From an uncultured Oscillospiraceae bacterium (lineage in GTDB: Bacteria > Bacillota > Clostridia > Oscillospirales > Oscillospiraceae): a DNA stretch of 64,000 bases. Positions 52,266 through 62,299 of this stretch are shown here, one piece after another (position 1 is the stretch's first letter; each line of letters begins with the position of its first letter). Under the pieces are notes generated by a model, which saw nothing but the letters and a program-made list of their open reading frames with translations, was not told the DNA's origin and ran no database searches. The stretch spans positions 1,498 to 65,497 of the forward strand of contig CAZIGE010000001.1 in the NCBI GenBank assembly GCA_964538475.1. Direction: 5' to 3'. The position numbers and the translations under genes are program-made.

Positions 52266-53504
52266 TCAGTGCGCGGCGGCGTTCAGGCGCTTCAGCTTTC
52301 GGTGGCAAAGAAGGATCGCAACGATGATCTCGGCCGGTAAGAAAAGCAGTGTGCTGTTGACGATCGCCTGATATCGTCGCGAGATCTGCGACTCCTGCTC
52401 GTTGCTGAGCGTGCAGTAGCCGTCTGAAGTATCAAAGAAACTGCTGATAGTTTGGTTGCAATGCCAGAAGCTCAGTGCTTCGTCCGGCTCGGAGCCAAAG
52501 GCATATTTGACTGCAAGATAGCTTGTGCCGTCGCTGCTTTCGTAGAGCTTGTAAGACCCGCGCTCCTCTACGAATGTCAGCGGCTTGCCGAGCGGATCCA
52601 GCGGCTGCTCCATAGCGGCCTTGAGATCGGCAAAGCTTGCATAGGTGTCGTGTGCGCCGAGAACATAGCGGTTGGCGTAGAGAACGCTGCCGCCAAAATT
52701 CAGGAGCAGGAACGTCAAGAGCAATGCGGCGAGCAGCAACAGCGTGGCCACAGCGCGAACGCGCAGGCGCTGTGCGGCCTGCTTTGGGACAAAGCCGAGG
52801 CGAATATTGACTATGCAGCAGACAAGGGCACATACACCGCCGCAGATAAGGCCGGATATGAGGCCGAGCGGAAAGTAACCCGGCATCGAGATACCGATAT
52901 AAGAGTCGTTTACAAACAGGATCAGCGGCAGAAGCAGCGCGAATACAACTACGCTCAGGCTCAGCGACAGCTGGTTGGCGCGGTGCATAAATCTGCGCAG
53001 CAGATCGATCGCATCCTGTTCCAACTCTTCTGCGTCGATGCGACTGGACGAGAGAATGAAGAAAATGATCTGGCAGACGACTGCTGCGGTGCAGAACAGG
53101 CTTCCGAGAAAGAAGCCAAGCTTTGCACGGGAAAAGACGAAATTGCACAGCAGCCCGACAAGAAGGCCGAGCACGGCTATCGCGGCGGAAAGGATGCTCT
53201 GCACCTTGAACCGCGTTTTTTCGGCGGCGAGGAAGCGGCGGAGCACTTTTCCCGTTTTCTTTTTGTCCGGCTCCTGCGTGTCGGATGTGGGATTTCTGCG
53301 CTGGCCGCTCAGAAGCTCGTCCGCGGTGACACCGAAGATCTCGGCGAGCACGGGGATCAGGGTCAGATCGGGCAGCGTTTCGTCTCGCTCCCAGCGGCTG
53401 ACTGCCTTATCCGAGACACCGAGACGGTCGGCCAGCTCTTTCTGGGTGAGGCCGTTTGCTCTGCGCAGTGCTGCGATAAAAGAACCGATCGTTTGTTTTT
53501 CCAT
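52266..53504 (-). CDS. XRE-family HTH protein with multiple TM segments
   Basis: LTQKELADRLGVSDKAVSRWE HTH, then hydrophobic helices; AAGGAGG RBS. Confidence 0.85.
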   Translation of the reverse strand: MEKQTIGSFIAALRRANGLTQKELADRLGVSDKAVSRWERDETLPDLTLIPVLAEIFGVTADELLSGQRRNPTSDTQEPDKKKTGKVLRRFLAAEKTRFKVQSILSAAIAVLGLLVGLLCNFVFSRAKLGFFLGSLFCTAAVVCQIIFFILSSSRIDAEELEQDAIDLLRRFMHRANQLSLSLSVVVFALLLPLILFVNDSYIGISMPGYFPLGLISGLICGGVCALVCCIVNIRLGFVPKQAAQRLRVRAVATLLLLAALLLTFLLLNFGGSVLYANRYVLGAHDTYASFADLKAAMEQPLDPLGKPLTFVEERGSYKLYESSDGTSYLAVKYAFGSEPDEALSFWHCNQTISSFFDTSDGYCTLSNEQESQISRRYQAIVNSTLLFLPAEIIVAILLCHRKLKRLNAAAH

Positions 53505-53717
53505 TTAGAATAGTACCTCCTTAGGTTGGTTGGAAGCCCGGGCTATGCGTCTATTCTACCGTGTGTAGAATGAAAACGGAAGCCCGCAAACCGAAAATTT
53601 CTCTCGCAGACTGAGAATTTCCCGATTTTGGATGCGCCCTATGCGGAGATCTGCGCGAAAAACGGAGGCTGCGGTGTGCTCCAAAGGAAAAATCCTGCAA
53701 TAACACGCAAGTTTATA

Positions 53718-53746
53718 TTGACAATGCACAAAAAAAGATGTACAAT
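53718..53746 (+). promoter_or_regulatory. SigA promoter of MATE gene, overlapped by inverted repeat
   Basis: TTGACA-N17-TACAAT; AATGCACAA...TTGTGCATT flanks the -10. Confidence 0.7.
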
Positions 53747-53788
53747 CTTGTGCATTCAGCACAAAAGCAAATAACTGAGGTATTATTT

Positions 53789-55189
53789 ATGGCAAATCAC
53801 GCTGCACAGGATCTGACGCAGGGCGCACCGCTGAAAAAGATCCTTTCTTTTATGATCCCGATGACGTTCGGCCTGCTGTTCCAGCAGTTTTACAGCATGG
53901 TCGATACCATGGTCGTAGGCAAAACGCTCGGCTCCGTGGCTCTAGCGGGGGTCGGGTCTACGAGCTCGATCAATTTTCTGGTGCTTGGCTTTGTGAATGG
54001 AATATGCGCGGGCTTTGCCATCCCCATCGCCATGAAATTCGGTGAGCGGGATATGGCCGGACTGCGCCGTTATGTAGGCAATATCCTGTGGCTCGGGTGT
54101 ATGATCGCAGGCGCGATCACGCTGGCTACGACGACGCTTTGCAATTGGATATTGACGCAAATGAAAACGCCGCAGGATGCGTTTTCCTATGCGTATGATT
54201 ACATATGGGTGATCTTCCTGGGCATTCCTGCCACGATGCTGTATAATATCCTGTCCGGCATTTTGCGTTCGCTCGGCGACTCGCGCACGCCGCTGTATTT
54301 TCTGCTGCTTTCCAGCCTGCTGAATATCGGGCTGGATATGGCATTTATCCTCGTGCTGCATATGGGTGTTGCGGGGGCTGCCTGTGCGACGCTGCTGAGC
54401 CAGCTGGTGTCGGGACTGCTGTGTCTGACGTATATGAAAAGGCGGTATGCCATTTTGCACCTGTCGCGGGACGATCTGCGGTTTTCCCCCGCGCTCGCAC
54501 GGCGACTGCTGTCGATGGGGTTGCCGATGGGGCTGCAATATTCGATCACGGCGATCGGAAGCACCTTGCTGCAAACGGCCGTGAACGAGCTGGGTTCGTC
54601 CTATATGGCTGCGGTGACGGCGGGGACGAAGGTCTATTCCCTATGCTCGTGCCTGTATGACGCTATCGGGACGACGGCAGCGACTTTTGCGGGGCAAAAT
54701 CTGGGCGCAAGAAAGCCGGAGCGCATCCACAGGGCGGTTCTGGACTGTGCAGCGCTGGGCACCGTTTACGCACTGGGCATCTATGCCGTGATGTATTTTC
54801 TGACGGACGACCTGACCATGCTGTTTCTGGACAGCTCCGACACTGCTGCGGTGGAGACGATCCTACCTCTGAGCCGACAATATGTCCTGACAGCGTTGCG
54901 GTTTTTCATCCCGCTGCTGTTTGTAAATCTGCTGCGCTTTACGATCCAGGGGCTTGGCTTTTCCGAACTTGCAGTCGTGGCGGGCGTATTTGAAATGATC
55001 GCCCGCGCGGTGTTCGGACTGCGCATGGTACCCACGCTGGGCTTTTCGGCGGTCTGCTATGCCGGTCCGGCGGCGTGGGTCATGGCAGACCTGTTCCTCG
55101 TGCCCGCGTATGTGCACTGCATGAAAAAATGCGGATTTCGACTGACCGTTGCATGGAAGCGGCTTGCACCCGTGAAAAAACGCGCATAA
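53789..55189 (+). CDS. MATE family efflux transporter
   Basis: DLTQG, QQFYSMVDTMVVG, LRSLGDSRTPL, NIGLD, GQNLGA. Confidence 0.93.
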   Translation: MANHAAQDLTQGAPLKKILSFMIPMTFGLLFQQFYSMVDTMVVGKTLGSVALAGVGSTSSINFLVLGFVNGICAGFAIPIAMKFGERDMAGLRRYVGNILWLGCMIAGAITLATTTLCNWILTQMKTPQDAFSYAYDYIWVIFLGIPATMLYNILSGILRSLGDSRTPLYFLLLSSLLNIGLDMAFILVLHMGVAGAACATLLSQLVSGLLCLTYMKRRYAILHLSRDDLRFSPALARRLLSMGLPMGLQYSITAIGSTLLQTAVNELGSSYMAAVTAGTKVYSLCSCLYDAIGTTAATFAGQNLGARKPERIHRAVLDCAALGTVYALGIYAVMYFLTDDLTMLFLDSSDTAAVETILPLSRQYVLTALRFFIPLLFVNLLRFTIQGLGFSELAVVAGVFEMIARAVFGLRMVPTLGFSAVCYAGPAAWVMADLFLVPAYVHCMKKCGFRLTVAWKRLAPVKKRA

Positions 55190-55282
55190 GGCGCAAAATA
55201 AGCCCGAATGCGGTAAAAAATCGGGTTCTATGTCAATAGTTGGGATAGAGGCAAAAAAGAATAATTTCGGATTGTGCCGGAG

Positions 55283-55352
55283 TGATATAGTCCCCTTAGA
55301 GTAGACACTCAAAAACAAAAGTTCTTGAGACTATTCTAAGGGGATTATATCA
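55283..55352. mobile_element. 70-bp non-autonomous IS3/IS150-like miniature element
   Basis: TG...CA ends; 22-bp terminal inverted repeats with 20/22 match (TGATATAGTCCCCTTAGAGTAG vs TGATATAATCCCCTTAGAATAG); AT-rich core; no target duplication seen. Confidence 0.6.
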
Positions 55353-55372
55353 GTTTGCGCGAGGGAAAACAT

Positions 55373-55424
55373 CACCCTCTGCGTTGCGCTGCTTGCACGC
55401 CACCTTTCCCAAAGGGAGAAACAA
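55373..55424. repeat. REP-like double-hairpin intergenic element
   Basis: CCCTCT-hairpin-CACC-TTTCCCAAAGGGAGA resembles, from memory, a dispersed clostridial repeat; single copy in window. Confidence 0.45.
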
Positions 55425-55448
55425 GAGGCGTGTGCAGATCGTGGGAAG

Positions 55449-57356
55449 TCAGAGCGTTTCCAGCTCTGCCAGCCAGATGCGGGCGCTCGCGTCGGAGGGC
55501 ATCGACCAGTCGCCGCGCGGCCCGAGGCCGACGCTGCCGACTTTTACGCCGTCGGGCATGCAGTTACGCTTGAACTGCTGCGTGAAGAAGCGACGGTAGA
55601 ATGTGCAAAGCCATTTCTTGACGGTTTCGGGCGAAAATTCGTCGGAAAATGCGCGGCAGGCCATCGCGTAGACCCTGCGCGGCGAAAAACCGTAGCGCAG
55701 GATATGATAGAGGAAGAAATCATGCAGGACATACGGGCCGACCAGATCCTCGGTCTGTTGGCTGATCTTGCCGTGTACGTCCGGCGGGAGCAGTTCGGGG
55801 CTGATGGGCGTGTCGAGAATGTCCAGCAGGATATCCCGCGCGGGGCGAAATGCGTCCAGCTCGGAAACTGCTTCGACAATGCGGCGAATGAGCGTCTTGG
55901 GCACAGTGCCGTTTACGCCGTACATGGACATATGGTCGCCGTTATAGGTGCACCAGCCAAGCGCCAGCTCGGACAGGTCGCCCGTGCCGACCACGAGGCC
56001 GCCCACTTTTCCCGCGTAATCCATCAGAACCTGCGTTCGTTCGCGCGCCTGCGCGTTTTCATAGGTGCCGTTGTGCACGGAACTGTCATGCCCAATGTCC
56101 GTAAAATGCTGCGAAACGGCAGCTTTTACCGAAATTTCCGACGCGCTGATGCCCAACGCGCGCATCAGCGCCCACGCGTTGGCGTAGGTGCGATCGGATG
56201 TGCCGAAGCAGGGCATGGTGATGCCGTGCACATCCGTCGTTGGGCGGCCGAGCTGCCGAACCGCTTCTACGGACACCAGAAGGGCAAGCGTGGAGTCCAG
56301 ACCGCCGGAGATCCCGAGCACGGCGGAGGCGTTTACGGTGCGCAGGCGCTGTTTCAGCCCTGCGACCTGCATACGGAATATTTCAAGGCAACGCTCCTTG
56401 CAGGCGGCGGGGTTTTCGGGGATGAAGGGGGCTTTGCGCAGGGGATACAGCTGTGCGTCCGCACGCAGGTCGGCGCAGGGGAACGAGAGCGTGCGCACAT
56501 CGGGCATGCCGACGTAATTTCCGCTGCGGCGGCGATAGGCACGGATGCGCGCGAGGTCACAGTCGGTCAGGAGCATGTAGTCGGTGGTCGGATCGTCGCC
56601 GCTTTCGGCGAGGATGCGGCCGTTTTCCGCGATCAGGCTGTGCCCGGAGAATACAAGATCGGAGGTCGACTCCGTACAGCCGGCGGAGGCAAAGACGTAA
56701 ATGCAGTTGCAGCGGCCGGATGCCTGCGCGACCAGTGCGCGCCGCCATGCGCGCTTCCCGGCCAACGCGTGCGATGCGGCGGGGTTGAGTATGACCTCCG
56801 CACCCGCGACGCACAGCCGCGCGGAGCAGGGGAAGGGAACCATCAGATCTTCGCAGACCTCCAGACCGACGCGGACATGTCCGCCAAGGTCGAAAATGCA
56901 GTCTGTGCCCGGACGAACATCGCCGAAAATCGTCGGGTCAAGCGCGGGAGGCGATGCGGGGAGCTGACCTGCGGATGCAAACCAGCGGCTCTCCCCGGGG
57001 GCGAGATGGGTTTTGGGCACCAATGCGAGCAGCTTGCCGCCGCGCAGCAGCGCCGCGCAGTTATACAGCGCGTGGCCGATACGCACAGGAAGCCCCAGCA
57101 CGATATGCAGCCGTGCATAGGCTGCGCTGTGATCGAGAACCGCGCGAAGTCCTTCACAGGTCGCATTCAAAAGCGCATCCTGAAAAAACAGATCGCCGCA
57201 GGTGTAGCCGGTCAGCGAGAGCTCGGGCAGAAGAAGAATGTCCGCGCCGCTGCGATCTGCTTCGTCGATGTGACGGCAGATATCTTCCGCATTTTTCGGA
57301 ACGTCACCGGGGGTGACGGCGGGGACGGCGCAGGCGATACGAATATAATCCGACAT
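55449..57356 (-). CDS. nadE: Two-domain (glutamine-type) NAD+ synthetase
   Basis: PELSLTGY, PK, VCEDL nitrilase triad; GISGGLDST, ENAQARERT, GTGDLSE, PISPELLP, QQFKR. Confidence 0.95.
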   Translation of the reverse strand: MSDYIRIACAVPAVTPGDVPKNAEDICRHIDEADRSGADILLLPELSLTGYTCGDLFFQDALLNATCEGLRAVLDHSAAYARLHIVLGLPVRIGHALYNCAALLRGGKLLALVPKTHLAPGESRWFASAGQLPASPPALDPTIFGDVRPGTDCIFDLGGHVRVGLEVCEDLMVPFPCSARLCVAGAEVILNPAASHALAGKRAWRRALVAQASGRCNCIYVFASAGCTESTSDLVFSGHSLIAENGRILAESGDDPTTDYMLLTDCDLARIRAYRRRSGNYVGMPDVRTLSFPCADLRADAQLYPLRKAPFIPENPAACKERCLEIFRMQVAGLKQRLRTVNASAVLGISGGLDSTLALLVSVEAVRQLGRPTTDVHGITMPCFGTSDRTYANAWALMRALGISASEISVKAAVSQHFTDIGHDSSVHNGTYENAQARERTQVLMDYAGKVGGLVVGTGDLSELALGWCTYNGDHMSMYGVNGTVPKTLIRRIVEAVSELDAFRPARDILLDILDTPISPELLPPDVHGKISQQTEDLVGPYVLHDFFLYHILRYGFSPRRVYAMACRAFSDEFSPETVKKWLCTFYRRFFTQQFKRNCMPDGVKVGSVGLGPRGDWSMPSDASARIWLAELETL

Positions 57357-57528
57357 AAGAAAGCCTCCCGGAATAGGATAATTCGGTTGATTTGCTCCTT
57401 TTATGATAGCACTTTTTCGTGAAAAATCAATCGCTGCGGCGGCATTGCCGCTTAGTATTTGCAAAAAAATGCCGATCTATGCGAACGCGGCATCGGAGAC
57501 GATCCAATGCCGCGCGGTTTTATGCATA

Positions 57529-59211
57529 TCAGGCAAGCAGGGGCTTGAGCGCGGCGGAGAGGATATCCTTCTGCGCCTGCGCCTCGGCAAGGTCAGCACC
57601 GAGCGTGGTGAAATAGAGCTTGATCTTCGGCTCTGTCCCCGAGGGGCGGATGATAACGGTCGCACCGCCTTCCAGACGGAACACCAGCATATTGGCAGCG
57701 GGCAGCCCCGTGCGTGCGGTGTCGAGATAATCCGTGCAGGCGACGACGCGATAGCCACCGATCTGCGCGGGAGGCGATGTGCGCACGTATGCCATGATAT
57801 CTGCCATTTTATCCATGCCGGACAGGCCGGGGAACTCGTAGGAGTCCACTTTATTCAGATAGCGGCCGAATTTGGCGTAGATCGCTTCCAGACGCGCCTT
57901 GATCGACGAGCCGATGCTGCGGTAGTAAGCGGCCATTTCGCAGATCAGCATCGAGGCCACAACGGCATCCTTATCGCGGACGTAGGCACCGGCCAGATAG
58001 CCGTAGGACTCTTCAAATCCGAGGATGAAGCGCGCGGCTTCGCCCGCCTGCTCCAGACGCGCGATCTGGTCGCCGATCCACTTGAAGCCTGTCAGGACGC
58101 TGCGCATTTCCACACCGTAAGCGGTGGCGACCGCGTCGGCCAGCGGTGTGGAAACCAGACTCTTGACGGCGACGGGGTGCGGCGGCATGGTGCCGTTTTC
58201 CAGCCTGCCGCAGCAAATATAGTCCAGAAGCAAAACGCCGACTTCGTTGCCGGAGAGCAGCTCGTAAGTGCCGTCGGGGCATTTGACGGCGATGCCGACG
58301 CGGTCGGCATCGGGATCGGTGGCGAGCATGAGGTCGGCATCGGTTTTTTTCGCCAGTTCCAGACCGAGCCGCAGCGCTTCGAAAATTTCGGGGTTCGGGT
58401 AGGGACAGGTGGGGAAATTCCCGTCGGGGTACTGCTGCTCGGGCACGATGGTGATATCGTCTATGCCGATATCCGAGAGGATACGCGTTACAGGCACAAG
58501 ACCTGCGCCGTTCAGCGGGGAATACACCAGCTTCAGTCCCGCGCTTTTGCACAGACCCGGGCGCACCTGACAGTGCTTTACGGCATCGTAAAATGCTTCC
58601 GTGCAATCCGCACCGACATATTCGATCAGGCCGTCGGCCATTCCCTGCTCGAAGGGGATGCGCTTTGCACTGCTGAGGATATCGGTCTTTTGGATCTCGG
58701 CGTAAACCACAGCGGCGGCATCATCCGTCATCTGGCAGCCGTCGGGGCCGTAGGCTTTATAGCCGTTGTAACGTGCGGGGTTATGTGAGGCGGTGATCAT
58801 GATGCCTGCGTTGGCCCGATAATACCGTGTGGCAAAGGAAAGTGCGGGAACGGGCATGAGCGCATCGTAAATGCGGACGCGAATGCCGTTGGCAGCCAGC
58901 ACGCACGCGGCTTCCTTCGCGAACAGCGCGGAATTGATACGACTGTCGTAGGAAACGGCGACCAGCTGCGTGCCGCCCTGCGTTTTGACCCAGTTGGCCA
59001 GTCCCTGCGTCGCCTGACGCACGACATAGATATTCATACGGTTGCTGCCTGCGCCCAGCACGCCGCGCAGACCTGCCGTGCCGAATTTCAGAGAGACTGC
59101 AAAGCGGTCGCGGATCTCGCTTTCGTTGCCGTGGATACTTTGCAGCTCCTGCGTCAGCTGCGGGTCTTCGCACGCGGCGGAAAGCCAGCGCCGATAGTCG
59201 TCCATATACAT
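57529..59211 (-). CDS. Phosphoglucomutase/phosphomannomutase
   Basis: FGTAGLRG, TASHNP, DPDADR, FEESYG, RPSGTEPKIK. Confidence 0.93.
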   Translation of the reverse strand: MYMDDYRRWLSAACEDPQLTQELQSIHGNESEIRDRFAVSLKFGTAGLRGVLGAGSNRMNIYVVRQATQGLANWVKTQGGTQLVAVSYDSRINSALFAKEAACVLAANGIRVRIYDALMPVPALSFATRYYRANAGIMITASHNPARYNGYKAYGPDGCQMTDDAAAVVYAEIQKTDILSSAKRIPFEQGMADGLIEYVGADCTEAFYDAVKHCQVRPGLCKSAGLKLVYSPLNGAGLVPVTRILSDIGIDDITIVPEQQYPDGNFPTCPYPNPEIFEALRLGLELAKKTDADLMLATDPDADRVGIAVKCPDGTYELLSGNEVGVLLLDYICCGRLENGTMPPHPVAVKSLVSTPLADAVATAYGVEMRSVLTGFKWIGDQIARLEQAGEAARFILGFEESYGYLAGAYVRDKDAVVASMLICEMAAYYRSIGSSIKARLEAIYAKFGRYLNKVDSYEFPGLSGMDKMADIMAYVRTSPPAQIGGYRVVACTDYLDTARTGLPAANMLVFRLEGGATVIIRPSGTEPKIKLYFTTLGADLAEAQAQKDILSAALKPLLA

Positions 59212-59400
59212 AAAAGTTGCACCGTCCTTTACGTGATTTTACAGTATATACTATACGCGATGGCGCGAAAGAAGTCAATCATCTGTTTTTGTACGGCGGT
59301 CACCGCAAAAAACCGCTTCCTTTTTGCGCGCCCGTGTGGTAAGATAGGATGAAAGAATAACCGACCGTGCACTGCGGTTCGGGTACAAGAGGAGAAACCT

Positions 59401-61527
59401 ATGCAGACAATAGCCCAGATCCTGTCCGAAGAGCTCGGGCAGAAGCTGTCTTATGTGGAAAATGTGATCGCGCTGCTGGATGAGGGGAACACCGTCCCTT
59501 TCATCGCCCGCTATCGCAAGGAAATGCACGGTGCGATGGACGATACCGTGCTGCGCGAGCTGGAATCACGCCTGAACTACCTGCGGAATTTGCAGGCGCG
59601 TCGTGATGAAGTGATAAAGTCCGTCGACGCGCAGGGAAAACTGACGCCGGAATTGGCAGCTGCCGTTTCCGCAGCCGCAACACTGGCGGAGGTGGAAGAC
59701 CTTTACCGCCCCTACAGGCAAAAGCGCCGCACGCGCGCCGGAATTGCCAGAGAAAAGGGGCTGGAGCCGCTTGCAAAAGCGATCTTTGCGCAGGACGGTT
59801 CCGACCCGCAGGCACTGGCGCTGGCGCATATCCAAAGCAGCGGCGCGACGTATACGCCGGAGGAGGCACTGGCGGGGGCGAGCGATATCCTTGCCGAGGA
59901 TATTTCGGATGATCCCGCCATTCGAAAAAGTCTGCGCGCGCTGCTCACGCGGCGGGGGAGTCTGGTATGCGCGGCCGCCGATCCCGCAAAAGACAGCGTA
60001 TATCGACTTTATTACGATTTTTCCGCGCCGATCTCGCGCCTGCTGGATCACCAGATCCTTGCGATCAACCGCGGCGAGAAGGAGGAACTTCTGAAAGTTT
60101 CCGTGCGCCTGCCCGGCAATGAGGGCGCAGCGCTGGTGTGCCGCGCGGCGCTCAGACCCGGTGCGCTGATCAGCTCATTCGTGCGCGCGGCGGCGCAGGA
60201 CGCTTATGACAGGCTGATCTTCCCGTCGGTACAGCGCGAAGTCCGCGCGGAGCTTTCGGAGCGGGCGTACAGTGGCGCGATCCGCAATTTTGCGCTGAAT
60301 TTGAAGCCGCTGCTGATGCAGCCGCCGGTCAAGGGATTTGTCACGATGGGGCTTGATCCCGGATATCGAAACGGGTGCAAGGTCGCGGTGGTAGACGCGA
60401 CGGGCAAGGTGCTGGATACGGCTGTGGTTTATCCGACCTTTAACGACCGAAAAAAGCAGGAGGCCATCACGCGATTGTCGGCGATGATGCGCAAATGGAA
60501 CGTTCGTTGCATTGCCATCGGGAACGGCACGGCTTCGCGTGAAACGGAGGAAATGGCGGTGCAGATGCTGCGCGATTTTCCGAACGCGGGGTATATGATG
60601 GTCAACGAGGCGGGGGCTTCCGTGTACTCGGCTTCTGCGCTGGCCGCAGAGGAGTTCCCGGAGTTTGATGTGAATTTGCGCTCTGCGGTATCGATCGCGC
60701 GCCGCTTGCAGGATCCGCTGGCGGAACTGGTGAAGATCGACCCGAAAGCCATCGGCGTGGGACAGTACCAGCACGACTGCCCGCAGCGGGAGCTGGATGC
60801 GGCGCTCGGTGCGGTCGTGGAGGACTGCGTGAATGCGGTGGGCGTGGATGTGAACACCGCTTCCGGCAGCCTGCTGCAGAAAGTTTCGGGCTTAACGGCG
60901 ACGACGGCGAAAAACATCGTGGCGTACCGCGAGGAAAACGGCCCGTTTACGGCCCGCACGCAGCTGAAAAAAGTACCGAAGCTCGGCCCGAAAGCGTTTG
61001 AGCAGTGCGCGGGCTTCCTGCGCGTGCCCGAGAGCGCGGAGATGCTGGATCATACCGGGGTCCACCCGGAGTCGTATCATGCGGCGAAGGCACTGCTGAA
61101 GCTGCTGCAATGTGACGCTTTGCAGTTGCCCGAACGGCTGCAAAGTTACGGCACGGCGCGGGCGGCACAGGCCTGCGGCGTGGGCGAGATGACTATTTGC
61201 GACATTGCCGCGGAGCTGGCAAAACCCGGCCGCGATCCGCGTGAGGCACTGCCTGCGCCGATCCTGCGCAAGGACGTGCTGCAAATATCCGACCTGCGTC
61301 CCGGGATGGAGCTGACAGGTACAGTCAGAAACGTGATCGATTTCGGCGTATTTGTGGACATCGGCGTGCATCAGGACGGCCTTGTTCATATTTCCGAGGT
61401 GAGCGAACGCCGCGTGAAGCACCCGAGCGAGGTGCTGAAGGTGGGAGATGTGGTCAAAGTAGCGGTGCTGGATGTGGACGAAAAGCGTCAGCGCATCGGC
61501 CTGAGTATGAAGCGGGTGAAGCAATGA
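59401..61527 (+). CDS. tex: Tex family RNA-binding transcription accessory protein
   Basis: TVPFIARYRKE, DPGYRNGCK, GNGTASRE, EAGASVYSAS, IGVGQYQHD, C-terminal S1 domain. Confidence 0.95.
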   Translation: MQTIAQILSEELGQKLSYVENVIALLDEGNTVPFIARYRKEMHGAMDDTVLRELESRLNYLRNLQARRDEVIKSVDAQGKLTPELAAAVSAAATLAEVEDLYRPYRQKRRTRAGIAREKGLEPLAKAIFAQDGSDPQALALAHIQSSGATYTPEEALAGASDILAEDISDDPAIRKSLRALLTRRGSLVCAAADPAKDSVYRLYYDFSAPISRLLDHQILAINRGEKEELLKVSVRLPGNEGAALVCRAALRPGALISSFVRAAAQDAYDRLIFPSVQREVRAELSERAYSGAIRNFALNLKPLLMQPPVKGFVTMGLDPGYRNGCKVAVVDATGKVLDTAVVYPTFNDRKKQEAITRLSAMMRKWNVRCIAIGNGTASRETEEMAVQMLRDFPNAGYMMVNEAGASVYSASALAAEEFPEFDVNLRSAVSIARRLQDPLAELVKIDPKAIGVGQYQHDCPQRELDAALGAVVEDCVNAVGVDVNTASGSLLQKVSGLTATTAKNIVAYREENGPFTARTQLKKVPKLGPKAFEQCAGFLRVPESAEMLDHTGVHPESYHAAKALLKLLQCDALQLPERLQSYGTARAAQACGVGEMTICDIAAELAKPGRDPREALPAPILRKDVLQISDLRPGMELTGTVRNVIDFGVFVDIGVHQDGLVHISEVSERRVKHPSEVLKVGDVVKVAVLDVDEKRQRIGLSMKRVKQ

Positions 61528-62291
61528 AATATACGGATCTGATTTTTGACCTTTACGGAACGCTGGTCGATATCCACACGGAGGAAACGCAGGCGGTCTG
61601 GGAAAAAACGGCGCTTTTCTTCGGGTTTTACGGTGCGCATTATTCGGGGGACGAGCTGCGCATTGCGTTCCGCACGGCGATGCGCAGGCGTGAGGCCGAC
61701 GCGGGGCAGAGCTACGAATGCTTCCCGGATATTCCGATCGAGCAGGTCATGGCCGAGCTGTTTCGGGATAAGGGCGTAAAAGAAAATGCCGATGCGCTGG
61801 GCTTTTCTGCCGCACAGCTGCACCGCATTTCTTCGATGGAATATATTCGGCTGTATCCGTATGCGAAGGAGGCACTGTCGGAGCTGCGCGGGCAGGGACA
61901 TCGCCTGTGGCTGCTGAGCAACGCCCAGCGCGCTTTCACGGCCTACGAGCTGCGGCTGCTGCGGCTGGAAGACGCATTCGACGGGATCTATATTTCCTCG
62001 GATCACGGATGCCGCAAACCGGACAGCCGCTTTCTTGGCGCGCTTCTGGCGGAGCATGGTCTTGCACCGCAGAATTGTCTGATGATCGGCAACGACCGCG
62101 ATACCGATATCGCGGGGGCGCAGGCACTGGGGCTTGCGACGCTGTATATGCACACGAATATCACACCGCCCGGGCAGGCGGCGGCAGACCTCGCACGCGG
62201 CTTCAAAACGACGGACGGGAGTTGCCGCCACCTAGAATGGGAGGGCAGCGACTGGAAGGCGCTGTGCGCGAAGCTGAAAATGTTCGGCTGA
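61524..62291 (+). CDS. HAD family hydrolase
   Basis: FDLYGTLVD, LSNA, KPD, MIGND. Confidence 0.9.
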   Translation: MKYTDLIFDLYGTLVDIHTEETQAVWEKTALFFGFYGAHYSGDELRIAFRTAMRRREADAGQSYECFPDIPIEQVMAELFRDKGVKENADALGFSAAQLHRISSMEYIRLYPYAKEALSELRGQGHRLWLLSNAQRAFTAYELRLLRLEDAFDGIYISSDHGCRKPDSRFLGALLAEHGLAPQNCLMIGNDRDTDIAGAQALGLATLYMHTNITPPGQAAADLARGFKTTDGSCRHLEWEGSDWKALCAKLKMFG

Positions 62292-62299
62292 CCGTGCCG

